Shown here piece after piece: positions 27,420 through 40,539 of a stretch of DNA of 64,000 nucleotides. The position numbers were made by a program, and so were the translations under genes. Below the pieces are notes generated by a model. The model was not told the origin of the DNA, made no database searches, and was given only the letters and a program-made list of their open reading frames with translations. Positions within the stretch are counted from its first letter, which is position 1; every line of letters starts with the position of its first letter. The DNA is from Octopus sinensis (Eukaryota), in contig NC_043000.1 in NCBI RefSeq assembly GCF_006345805.1, forward strand, positions 5,394,001 through 5,458,000. The letters run 5' to 3'.

Positions 27420-29884
27420 GAGAGAGAGAGGGGGAGAGAGAGAGAGTAGAGAGAGAGGGAGAGGAGAGAGAGAGAGAGAGGGAGAAAGTGCTTGTAATGA
27501 AAACAATGTGGAGAAAGCATGTGTACACATGCGTGCATGTGTGAATGTGTAGGTGTATGTGAAGATGTGTGTGTGTGCGTGTGTGAAGATGTGTGTGTGT
27601 GCGCGTGTGAAGATGTGTGTGTGTGCGTGTGCTTTGTATTATAGGCAGTGAGAAAAAGAAGGTGAGATGATGGAGAGAGAAGAGAAGAAGAAGCGAAAGA
27701 ATGCAATGAGAAAGAAGAAGAGTAGAGTAAAAAGGGAAAGAATCGAAGGAAAAAGGTGAATATAATCGAACAGGCACTAGCACGCACACACACACACACA
27801 CACACGCATGCACGCACACACACACACACACACACACACGCATGCACGCACACACACACACACACGCACGCACACACACACACACACGCATGCACGCCCA
27901 CAGAAAGGGGGATATACAGTGAGGAGGGATTGATTAAATGAAGGGAAATTGAGCGTTGATGATCGGTAATTTAGGCACAAGGCCAATAATTTTGATGGAA
28001 GATTGATTCAACCGACCTCAATATATGACTGGTACTATATTCTATTGACTCCCGAGTGACAAAAGACAAAGTTCACTTCGGTAAGATTCCATGTCAGAAC
28101 GTAAAGAACCGGAATAAATGCAGTAAGTTATTCTTTTTTCCCCGATGCTCCAATGATTCAGGCGATTCGCCGTCCTTGAAAATATGCAATGGTTGTGTCT
28201 AATCTGGGCAGATAGCCAACAATTAATGGTAAAGGGAGTCCTGTTAGAGGATACGATCCAGTTCTTGACTGCTGCATCATTCCACCTAACCTCGGAGAAT
28301 GGAATGTAAAGGAGAGTTGCACTCGGTGAGATTCGAACTCAAATTGTTGCCGATTTTGGTAAAGGAACAAGCAATTTTGAGGAGAGGCGGTTTAATCTTG
28401 TCCGAACCATCAACAACAGTACTTGAGTGGTTCTTTATTTTAATGATTCTAGAGTGAAGACAGACCAAGTTGAATTAGGCGGGATTTCAACTCTAAACGC
28501 AAAGAATCGAAACAAACACCGCAAGGCATTTTTTCGACGCTCTGACAGTCCTGATCACTAACGGACAGACTGAAAGACAGACAGATAGATGGATAGATAG
28601 ATAGATAGATAGATACAGACAGAGAGAAAGAATGATAGAGAGATAGGTAGACAGACAGACAGACAGATATCGCCTTAAGATGAATGCAGTAACATTTGTC
28701 TCTCTTTCAGGCACAAGACTAGTAATTTCGAAGGGAAGGGCTTAATCGACACCATCGTTCCATGTACTTGACTGGTACATTATTGCTTCGACCCCGGAGG
28801 GATAAAAAGCAAAGTTGACCTAGGCATGATTTAAACTCAAAACATATACCGCAGAAAATTTCCTCCGACGCTGTAACGATTCTGCCATTCTCCTCCCCCT
28901 GGAGTGAATGAAATGATACTCCTGTAGCTAAATAGCAGCTAAACGTAATGACCTTGACTCCTCTTAACCATACAGTAATACTGGGTGGATGATTTTGACA
29001 TAAATACACGAGAGAGTGGCGGAGTGGGAAAGAGATGCATGCTTTTTTTTATTTTGTGAAAACACGACTGTGTTATAGTTCTCTCATTTTTATCGAGGTT
29101 TTTACATATTTCCAGTGGAGTTACGTGTAGTTTATAGTAAAGTTCCTATATCCACCATCATCAACGTTTCACAGTCACGTCTTCAGAACGAAGTACAGTT
29201 AGCGTGTATTGCAGCCTGTCTGTAACAGGCAGTCAGTGGGGTTTAGGCAAACATTTTCACCGGAATTTAAATTTTAAGCGTTGGATATATCATCATTCAC
29301 GTGTATATTTTCGGTTGCGGTCCGTGTGTACGCTGCTTTTGCGTTTATTTCCCAACCATGCCGTGTTATATACGTCCATGCATACATACATACACACATA
29401 AATACGTAGGTATACGCAGACATATACATACACACAGACATGTACATAATTTCATTAAGCAGTGGATCGACAATCGCTGGCACCAACATGTGACCCCCAC
29501 CCCACAACATAGGTACATATATATATATACGTACATATTCGCATACGTACATACACACTCAGACATGCATACACACACATATATATGCAACCATAGATAA
29601 ATACATATATATACACATATATACACACATATACACACATATGTTGCTGTTGTAGTTGTCAGCTATCATTCCATCGCTTGATGAAAGTATACACACACAT
29701 ATACATACACATATACATACACACACATATACATACACATATACATACACACACATATACATACACATATACATACACACACATATACATACACACACAT
29801 ATACATACACACACATTACATACACACACATATACATACACACACATACATACACACACATGCACACGGGCTCACGACTAGATG

Positions 29885-29921
<37 letters not shown>

Positions 29922-29948
29922 GGGGGGGATAGATAGATAGATTGATAT

Positions 29949-29992
<44 letters not shown>

Positions 29993-30008
29993 GAGAGAGA
30001 GAGAGGGG

Positions 30009-30041
<33 letters not shown>

Positions 30042-30068
30042 GGGGATATATTATAGATAGATAGATAT

Positions 30069-30118
<50 letters not shown>

Positions 30119-30142
30119 GGGGATAGATAGATAGATAGATAT

Positions 30143-30191
<49 letters not shown>

Positions 30192-30832
30192 GTGTTTATG
30201 TGTGCGTGTGCGTGTGCGTGTGTGCGTGCGTGTATATGCGAGAAGAGAAGAAAAGAGAGAGAGAGAGAGAGATTGAGTTATTTGAGAAATGGAGAAGTAC
30301 AACGTGTAGCGTGGGGGGAGGGGAAGGTGTTAGAAGAAGGCAAACGAGTGTGTGGGAGTGGGAGAGTAAAAGAGACGAGAACTCGTAATGGGAACGTTGC
30401 CAGCTGACAGACGCCTGATGCTACACGTGCCAGCTTGGAGGCAAGGTGAGAGAGTGTGTGTGAGGAGTATGTGTGGATGGTGAGCGTGAGAGGGAGTAGG
30501 AGGGAACGATTAGGACAGACGTATAGAGGGATACAACGAGGGAGGGAGAGAGAGAGAGGTGGTGAAGGTAAAGGGTAGAGTTTGATAGGAGATAGGGATA
30601 GAGGGGAAAATGGAGTCTTTGCTGAAGGGGAGGGAGTGCGCGCGCTGCGGTGGAAAGTGGTAAGCGGTGCGGTGAGACGTAAGCGAGGCACGGACGAAGG
30701 CGCGTGCGTGCATCCGGGCGCGTGCGCTTAAGTGTGCGCACACGCACGATCGGCGTCCATACGGTTCTGCGTGAAATGCGCGGGCGCGCGTGTCTGTGAG
30801 CGTGTGCGTGTGTGCTTGCATGTGTTGTACGC

Positions 30833-30868
<36 letters not shown>

Positions 30869-32358
30869 GTCTTTATATTTCGTTCTACGCTTCCGTTCGA
30901 ATGTTTGTATACTTGAGAATGCTTGCACATAACGTACACATTCTCCTACACACACACACACGTGCGCGCGCATACACACACATACATATATGTATGTATA
31001 CTTGTATACATATACATACAAAGATATCTATCTATCTATCTATATATCTATATATATATATATATATATATATATAATCTTTTTTTTACTCTTTTACTTG
31101 TTTCAGTCATGTGACTGTGGCCATGCTGGAGCACCACCTTTAGTCGAGCAAATCGACCCCAGGACTTATTCTTTGTAAGCCTAGTACTTATTATATCGGT
31201 CTCTTTTGCCAAACCACTAAGTTACAGGGACGCAAACACATCAGCATCGGTTGTCAAGCAATGTTGGGGTGGGGGTGGGGTGGACAAACACAGACACACA
31301 CACACACACACCACATATATACATACATATATACGACGGGCTTCTTTCAGTTTCCGTCTACCAAATCCACTCACAAGGCTATGGTCGGCCCGGGGCTATA
31401 GCAGAAGACACTTGCCTAAGGTGCTACGCAGTGGGACTGAACCCACATACCTATACAATCTATATACCATACGTGAAGGCGCGTGGCTAAGTGGTTAGGG
31501 TATTTGGTCCAAGAGCGTAAGGTCGTGATATCGAATCCCATCGGCAAATTGTGTCCTTAAGCAAGAAACTATTTAACCTTCCTTCAATCCACTCAGCTGA
31601 TAGGAATGAGTTGTACTTTTATTTCAAAGAGGTCAGCCTTGTCTCATTCTGTGAATCTCCATGGGAACTACTTTAAGGGTATGCATGTCTGTGAAGTACT
31701 CAACCATTTCTTGCACATTAATTTCATGAGCAGGTTGTTCTGTTGACCGAATCAACTGGAACGTCGTCGTAACCGACGGAATGCCAGTTTTTAAATCTGT
31801 GTGTGTGTGTGGTGTGTGTGTGTGTGTGTAAAAGTCCTTAGTTTAAACAGAGACACCCGTCATCTCAAAGACATGTGCGCGCGCGTGTGTAGCACGTATC
31901 TAGATGTGCGTGCGTGAGGGTTGGAATGAGATGTAACACGAATGGTTAAGAATTTCTCTTTGATATGTCAAGGTCACTGTTTCGATATCAGTGCATGACA
32001 TAAGTGAGGCATATCTAAGGACTTTTACCGTAGCATCAGGCTGCACCAAGAATTGTCACTGAACAACATAGAGGTATACCAAATGACATATAAATGACAT
32101 ACGGGTATACCAAATGATACATAACATAAATTCTTGATTTTATCAAAATTATCTCCATCTCTAGAGGCTGTATCGTAATTACCAGGTATCAGTTTAGATC
32201 GATTATAGGTAAGTTCGCCGCCATCAATTCATTGTAGGGGAGTTCACCGCCATTAGTTCACCGTGAAGAAAGTTCACTGCATGGACGGTTTACCGAGAAA
32301 ATATATCTATAGTATTAATAAATCTCTGAACGTGATATAAACAGTAACCGCTCGACAA

Positions 32359-32791
32359 CGTAAAGTGTACTAGCCATCTGAATGTGGCTAGCCACTGGGG
32401 GTGGGGTGTTACTGATGCTTTTAGCCCCAGGAGATCAACGTCACCAGCTGGCCTTAGACACAAAATTTCAGTGCCCTTGTGTTATTTGCAAAGGGAGGTC
32501 ATCCTCCCTCGAAAACCTAAGTGATACATACGGACTATAGTTTCAAGGTAATTGCCTCTCGTCAACGCATGGTAAACACCGGTTTTGACGAGAGGCAATT
32601 ACCTTGAAACTATAGTCCGTATGTATCACTTAGGTTTTCGAGGGAGGATGACCTCCCTTTGCAAATAACACAAGGGCACTGAAATTTTGTGTCTAAGGCC
32701 AGCTGGTGACGTTGATCTCCTGGGGCTAAAAGCATCAGTAACACCCCACCCCCAGTGGCTAGCCACATTCAGATGGCTAGTACACTTTACG
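32359..32791. repeat. Perfect 433-bp palindrome (207-bp arms, 19-nt loop)
   Basis: Arms 32359-32565 and 32585-32791 read as exact reverse complements; a diverged single arm occurs at about 46930-47103. Confidence 0.95.
32527..32571 (-). ncRNA. Minimal type I hammerhead ribozyme motif (C3U variant)
   Basis: CAUGCG-UUGACGA-GAGG(caauua)CCUU-GAAAC(uaua)GUC-CGUAUG: 6-bp stem I, 4-bp stem II, palindromic stem III. Confidence 0.7.
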
Positions 32792-33201
32792 ATATCTATA
32801 TTGTCTCGCTATTAATAGTTAAAATTTATTTTATTGAAATAATTTTTTTAATAAAACAGTGAATTGATGACGGTGAACTAAACGGACTTGGTTAAGATCA
32901 GCTCCACTTGAGAAGGAAAGATAAAAACAAGCAATTCTCTGAAATGCCGTGATGGAAACGACAGGTCTATTGTCTGAAGATAAGAGGTCATTCGCAGAGA
33001 CACGTTTCTGGCTCAATTACGCGACCTTAGCCAAAGAACTTGAGCTTATAGAAGAAAGGAGTGGAAAACGTTTGATGTTCAGGTAATTTGTAATGATGTA
33101 AACAAAAATGAGTAAAAAGAATAATCTCAAAGTGACGAGTAACATTTTTTGAATAACAGACTCGGTGTGTCAAGCACCATACAAAACAAAAGATTCGTTA
33201 G

Positions 33202-33391
33202 GGCGCAGGCGTGGCTGTGTGGTAAGAAGCTTGCTTCCCAACCACATGGTTCCGGGTTCAGTGCTACAGCATGACACCTTGGGCAAGTGTCTTCTACTGT
33301 AGCCTCGGGTCGACCAAAGCCTTGTGAGTGGGTTTGGTAGGCGGAAATTGAAAGAAGCCTGTCGTATGTGTGTGTGTGTGTGTGTGTGTGT

Positions 33392-33428
<37 letters not shown>

Positions 33429-33700
33429 GTGCGTGTGTGTGTGCGTGTGTGTGTGTGTTGTGTGTGTATGTGTGTATTTATATTTCTGTATTTGTTGCCT
33501 GTCACCGCTTGACAACCGGTGTTGGTGTGATGATGTGTTTACGTTCCCGTAACGTTGTGGTTCGGCAAAAGAGATCAATAGAATAAGTACTAATCTTAAA
33601 AAATACGTCCCGAGGTCGATTTGTTCGACTAAAATCCTTCACGGCAGCGCTCTAGCATGGCCGCAGTCAAATGACTGAAACAAATAAAAGAATACAAGAA
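33202..33700 (+). mobile_element. SINE family A, full-length
   Basis: ggcgcaggcgtggctgtgtggtaag head through the tgactgaaacaaataaaag tail. Confidence 0.9.
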
Positions 33701-33975
33701 TAATTATGCTAAAACTTCAACAGGATGTATCGTAATAACCAAACGGCAATTTACAGCAGCACTACTTGCGAAGGGGAGACAATTGCAAGAAGCAATAATT
33801 CTCCGAAGCCGATATGCCACTAAGGAAAAGGTCAAGCTTATCATCTGGAATTAATGGATAGCCGTGGCCACTGGTTTCTAGCTCGATGGCCGAAATCGAC
33901 ACAACCACTTCCTTATTTCCACAGGACTTAGACTTATACAAAAAACGAGTAGAAGATATTTACGACTCGGGTAAT

Positions 33976-34421
33976 TTACTCTTTTACTCGTTTCAGTCAT
34001 GTGACTGTGGCCATGTTGGAGCACCGCCTTTAGTCGAGCAAATCGACCCCAGGACTTATTCTTTGTAAGCCTAGTACTTATTCTATCGGTCTCTTTTGCC
34101 GAACCGCTAAGTTACGGGGACGTAAACACACCAGCATGGGTTGTCAAGCAATGTTGTGGGTTGGGGACAAACACAAATACACAAACATATACACACACAT
34201 ACATATATACATAAATACATATACATATAAACGACGGACTTCTTTCAGTTTCCGTCAACCAAATCCATTCACAAGGCTTTGCTCGGCCCAAGGCTATAGT
34301 AGAAGACTCTTGCCCAAGGTGCCACGCAGTGGAACTGAACCTGGAACCATGTGGTTCGCAAGCAAGCTACTTACCACACAGCCATTACTACGGTTATACT
34401 AACCACACAGCCACACCTACG
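33976..34421 (-). mobile_element. SINE family A, full-length, tail-to-tail with the previous copy
   Basis: Reverse-oriented copy about 280 bp downstream. Confidence 0.9.
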
Positions 34422-34683
34422 CATAATTTGAACAAAAAATGAGCAAAGAGAGATAACTCAAAGTAGCCAGTGACTTGTATTAAGCCTGCTGATGGATCAT
34501 ATCCGTAATATTTATGAACAGCCTTTGTCACATACTCACTGTATCACACTGATACCGCTTAATATTTACGGTTGTGGGCACGTCCGCTTGTAAAATATTC
34601 AGCCGCTCACTCATTAATTCAAAGGGCAAGTAACTTATTTGCTGGAGCAATAGATTACTTGTTGAAACCAAAGGATATAAAAT

Positions 34684-34870
34684 AGTGCTCCGCGATCGGT
34701 ATGCCGTGGCACACTAGTGTGTCACAGGGCGATGCTGGGCGTGCCGCAGTGTAACATGAATATAATTTTCTCCCCTATACTTTTAGTTATATTTTCAGTT
34801 CAGGTGTGCCGCCGAATTTTGAAAAGAATATAAGTGTACCACAAGTGAAAAAAGGTTGCGAAGAGAAATA
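34684..34870. mobile_element. Possible hAT-type MITE remnant
   Basis: tgccgtggcacactagtgtgtc ... gtgtgccgc ... tgaaaaaaggttg resembles hAT (Charlie-like) termini; ends are eroded. Confidence 0.4.
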
Positions 34871-35089
34871 TTCCTGTTTTATGTATAGCATATCAGTTTA
34901 AGATTGCAAGAAAATATAGAAGACATAGCAAGCATGGGTGTGTCGTAAAGAAGCCTGGTTTGCAACGGCGAGGTTTCTGGTTCAGCCCCACTGAACGACA
35001 ACTTGGATGACTTCCCTTGTAAATGAATTTGATAGACGAAAACTGTGTGTAGAAACCTGTGGATGTATGTGTACACACACATATATATA

Positions 35090-35147
<58 letters not shown>

Positions 35148-35360
35148 AGAGGAGAATTCACAAAAAAAAAAACAAAAGACGAAGACAGGCGGTGTAGACA
35201 ACAAACTGATGTATTAGTATAACGCTCGGGGAGTGAAAAAGTCTTTAACGTTTCGAGCCTACGCTCTTCCTCGGAAAGGAACACAGAAAGAAACAAGGAG
35301 AGAAAATAAAGAGAGAAAATAGAGAAAATAAAGAATCTGCAGAGGCTAGCGATCTATCAG

Positions 35361-35375
35361 ACATACATACATACA

Positions 35376-35409
<34 letters not shown>

Positions 35410-35534
35410 CATACATACATACGTACATACATACATACATATATACATACATACGTACATACATACAAATGTACATATATACATACATACATACATACAT
35501 ACATGCATGCATGCATACATGCATACATACATAT

Positions 35535-35565
<31 letters not shown>

Positions 35566-35606
35566 CATACATACATACATATATACATACATACATACAT
35601 ACATAT

Positions 35607-35637
<31 letters not shown>

Positions 35638-35686
35638 CATACATACATACATACATGCATGCATGCATACATGCATACATACATAT

Positions 35687-35717
<31 letters not shown>

Positions 35718-35995
35718 CATACATAACATACATATATACATACATACATACATACATATACATACAATACATACATAACTACATACATACATACATACAT
35801 GCATGCATGCATATACATACATACATACCTCATACATACATACATGCATGCATCATACTACATACATACATAATGCATACATACATACATGGCATGCATA
35901 CATGCATGCATACATACATACATTGCATACATACATACATCCATACATACATACATACATACATCCATACATACATACATACATACATACATACA

Positions 35996-36029
<34 letters not shown>

Positions 36030-36335
36030 CATACATACATACATACATGCATGCATGCATACATACATACATACATACATACATACATACATGCATGCAT
36101 GCATGCATACATACATACATACATACATACATACATACATGCATGCATGCATACATACATACATACATACATGCATACATACATACATGCATGCATACAT
36201 GCATGCATACATACATACATGCATACATACATACATCCATACATACATACATACATACATCCATACATACATACATACATACATACATACATACATACAT
36301 ACATACATACATACATACATCCATACATACATACA

Positions 36336-36369
<34 letters not shown>

Positions 36370-36643
36370 CATACATACATACATACATGCATGCATGCAT
36401 ACATACATACATACATACATACATACATACATACATACATGCATGCATGCATGCATACATACATACATACATACATACATGCATGCATGCATGCATACAT
36501 ACATACATACATACATGCATACATACATACATGCATGCATACATGCATACATACATACATACATGCATACATACATACATCCATACATACATACATACAT
36601 ACATCCATACATACATACATACATACATACATACATACATACA

Positions 36644-36672
<29 letters not shown>
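35361..36672. repeat. About 1.3-kb (CATA)n microsatellite with CATG/CATC variants
   Basis: Direct reading; source of the long YIHT/MYVC pseudo-ORFs. Confidence 0.95.
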
Positions 36673-36676
<4 letters not shown>

Positions 36677-36734
36677 GTGTGTGTGTGTTGAACCAGCTTG
36701 TCAAAAAATTGCTGGAAGCTGTTCAGCTTTGATT

Positions 36735-37107
36735 ATTTCATTTTTAATTTCATTTCATCAAGTTTCAGCTCACGAGCTATGACCATGCTGGAGCACCGCC
36801 ATTTGGTGTTGCTACATAATTTTACTTCACGAATGCTTTTTAGCGATTGACATTTGGTGCATGAGAGAGCTTGATGCAGCTACCCTCATCTGCACCTCCT
36901 GCTGCAAAGTTGGTTCATCTGGGACACCTGACAGGAAGAGGCCCAGCTTTATTTTGAAGACACCTACATCCACCCCATGCAGGTCTCTCAGGACCTTCGG
37001 GAGGATATTGAAGAGCTGTGGACCTCTGAAGGCTAGGCTATTGCAGTATCTTGTCCTACATCTTGATGGCAAATTTGGAGTCATTGGCACTATGCAATGG
37101 CGCCCAG
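36735..37107 (-). mobile_element. 3' end of a second LINE (CR1/L2-group ORF2 C-terminus plus 3' UTR)
   Basis: ORF 36827-37090: NSLAFRGPQLFNILPKVLRDL..VFKIKLGLFLSGVPDEPT; ends in a (tgaaa)-like tail. The clade assignment is inference. Confidence 0.7.
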
Positions 37108-37634
37108 TTCTAGTATTATAGTATTATAGTATTATAGTCTACAAAATATGGACGACCAGGAAGATTATAAAAGAAGTCTGTCACCTATATTTTAATGATT
37201 CAAACATTATCAACCATCGTCAATATCTTTTACGTAGAAAAAAAAAATAGTTAAAACTTAGGAAATATCTAAAGGTAAGATTATTTTAATTCGGTCCTTC
37301 GTTGCTGAACAGAATTATTGAAGTTTGTTACAAATAGCCAGTTCGTTGCAGACGACGAATCTCCCAGGCTCGTGTAATAAATATAACGAATGCCAAGTCC
37401 AAACATTGACAGGGTAATGTAAGCATGGAAAACGTGAGTGGGAGGGAAATGGGTGTGAAATTCAACAGAATGAGCTCCACCAAAGACACTTGATAAGAAG
37501 GTGTTAAACATTTACACAGAGCGTAAATGACTGAAACAAGGAAGAGACAAAACATATATGCGCACGCGCGTACACAGACACAAATAAGGTGTTGCTGAAA
37601 AGTAACTAGAAGAACCCCGGTCACAGAGGACAAA

Positions 37635-38470
37635 GCCAGATTTCAGCTAAAGTCATGGCTGAGACTGGAAATTTTCCGCGAAAGAGTTGGCAACATCATC
37701 CACAATATTCTGGACATGAGAAAGCTTTCTGCAAAATGGATGCTGAAATGCTTGAACGCAGATCAGAAGCACATCAGTGTGATGACATCAAAGGCGATAT
37801 TTTGCCGGTTTGCAGCGGGAGAAGCTGTTTTTATGGCTTGTTTAGTCACTGTGGATGAAACTCCGCTTCATCATTATGATCCCCAGCAATCAATGGAGTG
37901 GTCCCACAGTGGTTCACCGCGTCCCAAGAAATTTCGAACCTAGAAGTCAGCTGGAACGGTTCTGGATTCAGTGTTCTGGGACAAAGACAGAGAACACCTC
38001 ATAAAATACCTGCCAAAGGATCGCACCATCAACACGAAATACTACATGTCTCTGATGGACGAACTGCATAAAGCTTTGAAGCAGAAACGCTGTAGAAAGC
38101 TGAGCCGTGGTCGCTGCTGTTGCAAGAAAATGCACCGACAAATACAACACATGAAACTGTACGGAAAATGCGCGACTTTGGCTTCGAATTGGTAGACTAC
38201 CCACATTGCTCTCCTAAATTGGCCCCCTCCGACACTCACCTCTTTCCACAGCTGAAGAAATATCACACAGGAACGAAATTTCACTCTGATTCGGAAGTGA
38301 TCGCTGATACAAGGCCTGAATGGAGGTCCAGCCTTCCGAGTTCTTTTTACAGTACTTAGAAAACTGAAGGACCGCTGCAATTAGTGAGTGAATCTGAGAG
38401 GAGAATATGTTGAGTAAAATCATAATTAACTGATCTTTTACCCAAAACCAGGAACCTTTCAGCACTCACT
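37635..38470 (+). mobile_element. 5'-truncated mariner transposon (decayed transposase plus right TIR)
   Basis: MRKLSAKW..KCL, LVTVDET..HYDP, VFWD, QENAP, HCSPKLAPSD.HLFPQLKK across ORFs 37716-38359; right TIR ccaggaacctttcagcac. Confidence 0.9.
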
Positions 38471-40539
38471 CTTGTGTGGGTGTGTGTGTGTGTGTGTGTG
38501 TGTGTACACGCGCATGTGTGTTTATGTGTGTGTGTGTTATTTTGTAAATAACTGGGGGTACTGAGGGAAATGAAAACTAGTCGCTATCAAGGAAGAAATC
38601 TATATAAAATCCCTTGCATATCTGAGTGCCTGATAAATTGATTGTTTGTCCATGCGTTTAATACGTATGTGGCTTTAAGGCGGGTAGCTGGCAGAATCAT
38701 TATGGTGTCGGACAAAAATCCTTAGCGGTATTTCTTCCGACTTTACGTTGAGTTTAGATATCGCTGGGGTCGACTTTGCCTTTCATCCTTACGAGTTCGA
38801 TAAAATAAGTGCCAGTTGAGCACTGAGGTCGATGTAATCGACTTAGTCCCCGCTGTATCGTTTCTAGATTCAGTTGTCACTAGTTAAAGTCAGAAAACTA
38901 CCCATCAGATTTAATCATTTTTAAGAGACAGCATTTCTACTGCTCTCGTATTTGTTTCTATAAAATTTGAAAGCATACATACTATTTACTTCCCGCTTTA
39001 TTTTTCTCTTTCCAGCGCAAATCGATCCTTGAATATCTAGCAATATTAAACTGGCAATGAACCTTTCCGTCGTTACGAAAGTTGCCGTGGCGTATGTGTG
39101 AGGAAGAATGGCGGCTTAAGCCATCATGTCGTAAAAGCTTCAGAAGCTGAAAAACTCTTCCAATCCCCTTTTTGATGAAAGCACCACATTTCATCATGAT
39201 TCTAACTGGAGATATCCACAAAGCTATTCTTAAAGAGAGCCTATACAATAAGCCCACTCATGTCTACCCCTAAAAAAAAATCTCTATTGAAGAAGCGATC
39301 CCTCAACAACAGAACCTTATGCACACCAGTCAGCGAATCCATTTGCAACACGATTATCGATATGTAAATTTACATTGTGTTACTAGATACAATGTAGAAA
39401 ATCCAACGAACGTTACACCGGCGACACGATTACCCAGCATACATTCGAATGAAGGAACATTTCTAAACAAGTACAACACTAATCAAAAGTATTTTCAACA
39501 AATGCTACAGAGAAATGGACTTTGCAATTGCAAGCAGTGTTAGATATCATAATGGCAGTAAGCCGCGGGTCAGAGAAACTATCCTGATTCGAAGATATTG
39601 ACGAACTATTATCACCCAATACGAACTGAAATGCTGCCGACAACGACTTCTCCTTTCATTATTTCAAGGTTGATGAAATAAGTTACCAGTTGAGTGGTGA
39701 GGTCGCTGGATCGATTTACCCCCACCACTAAATTTGCTGGCCTCGTGCCAAAATTTAAAACCATTATAGTCAGTTCTACCAGCCAGAGCGAATCAAAATA
39801 CTTGGCCCCTAATTCCTCCTCAGAAACATGTTATAAAAGTCCATTTAAGTAGATTGTACTTGTAATTCAAATCGAAATTCCAATTTCCGCATTTGAATAC
39901 GAATGAGGCCAACACAAATTTATTTAATGTCATTCATGGAACCAATATATCAAACTGATCGAACGTTCATACTATCTCTCTCTCTTTGTCTGTCTCTCTC
40001 TCTCTCCGTCTCTCTCTTTCAATTTTTAGATATTTTCCCTCCTCCACTCTCTCTCTTTGTATCTGTCTCCCTAACTTTATTTCTCTATCCTGTTCTCTTA
40101 AAATCTTCGTAAAGGGATATTTTATCCGAAATATCAAGAGTATTAAATATTTTTAGGTAACAATTCAATCTCCTTCTTCTTATTGATATTTGAAAATTTC
40201 CAACTGCAGTAGACTCCTAACACACTCATACACATTGTACACATACACACACACATAGATACACACATACATGCATACATGCATATATACATACATACAT
40301 ATTGAATGTATGTATGTATGTTTGTGTATATATATGTATATATAATATATATATACATACATACAGATATATATACACATATACATATAAATACATATAT
40401 ATATATGATAATATATTATATTACATTATATTATTTATATATACATACACAAATACTTACACATATGCATATGTGTGCATACATTTATGCATACATGTGT
40501 GTTTGTGTATGCATCTATGCACATGTGTATGTATATATG

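Noticed and set aside
32400-32520. HDV-like ribozyme in the palindrome arm (gggagg/cctccc hairpin)
   Set aside because: The nested double-pseudoknot pairings could not be assigned.
35245-36782. Long ORFs up to 394 aa (also 16491-17236, 40302-41203, 47446-48071 and others)
   Set aside because: Stop-free translation of (CATA)n, (CTAT)n and (CA)n microsatellites; no evidence of real genes.
37238-37274. Putative exon with strong AAG|gtaaga donor
   Set aside because: Stops in all three frames.
39016-39060. Strong polypyrimidine acceptor at 39015
   Set aside because: All frames stop within 15 codons and there is no supporting evidence for a terminal exon.
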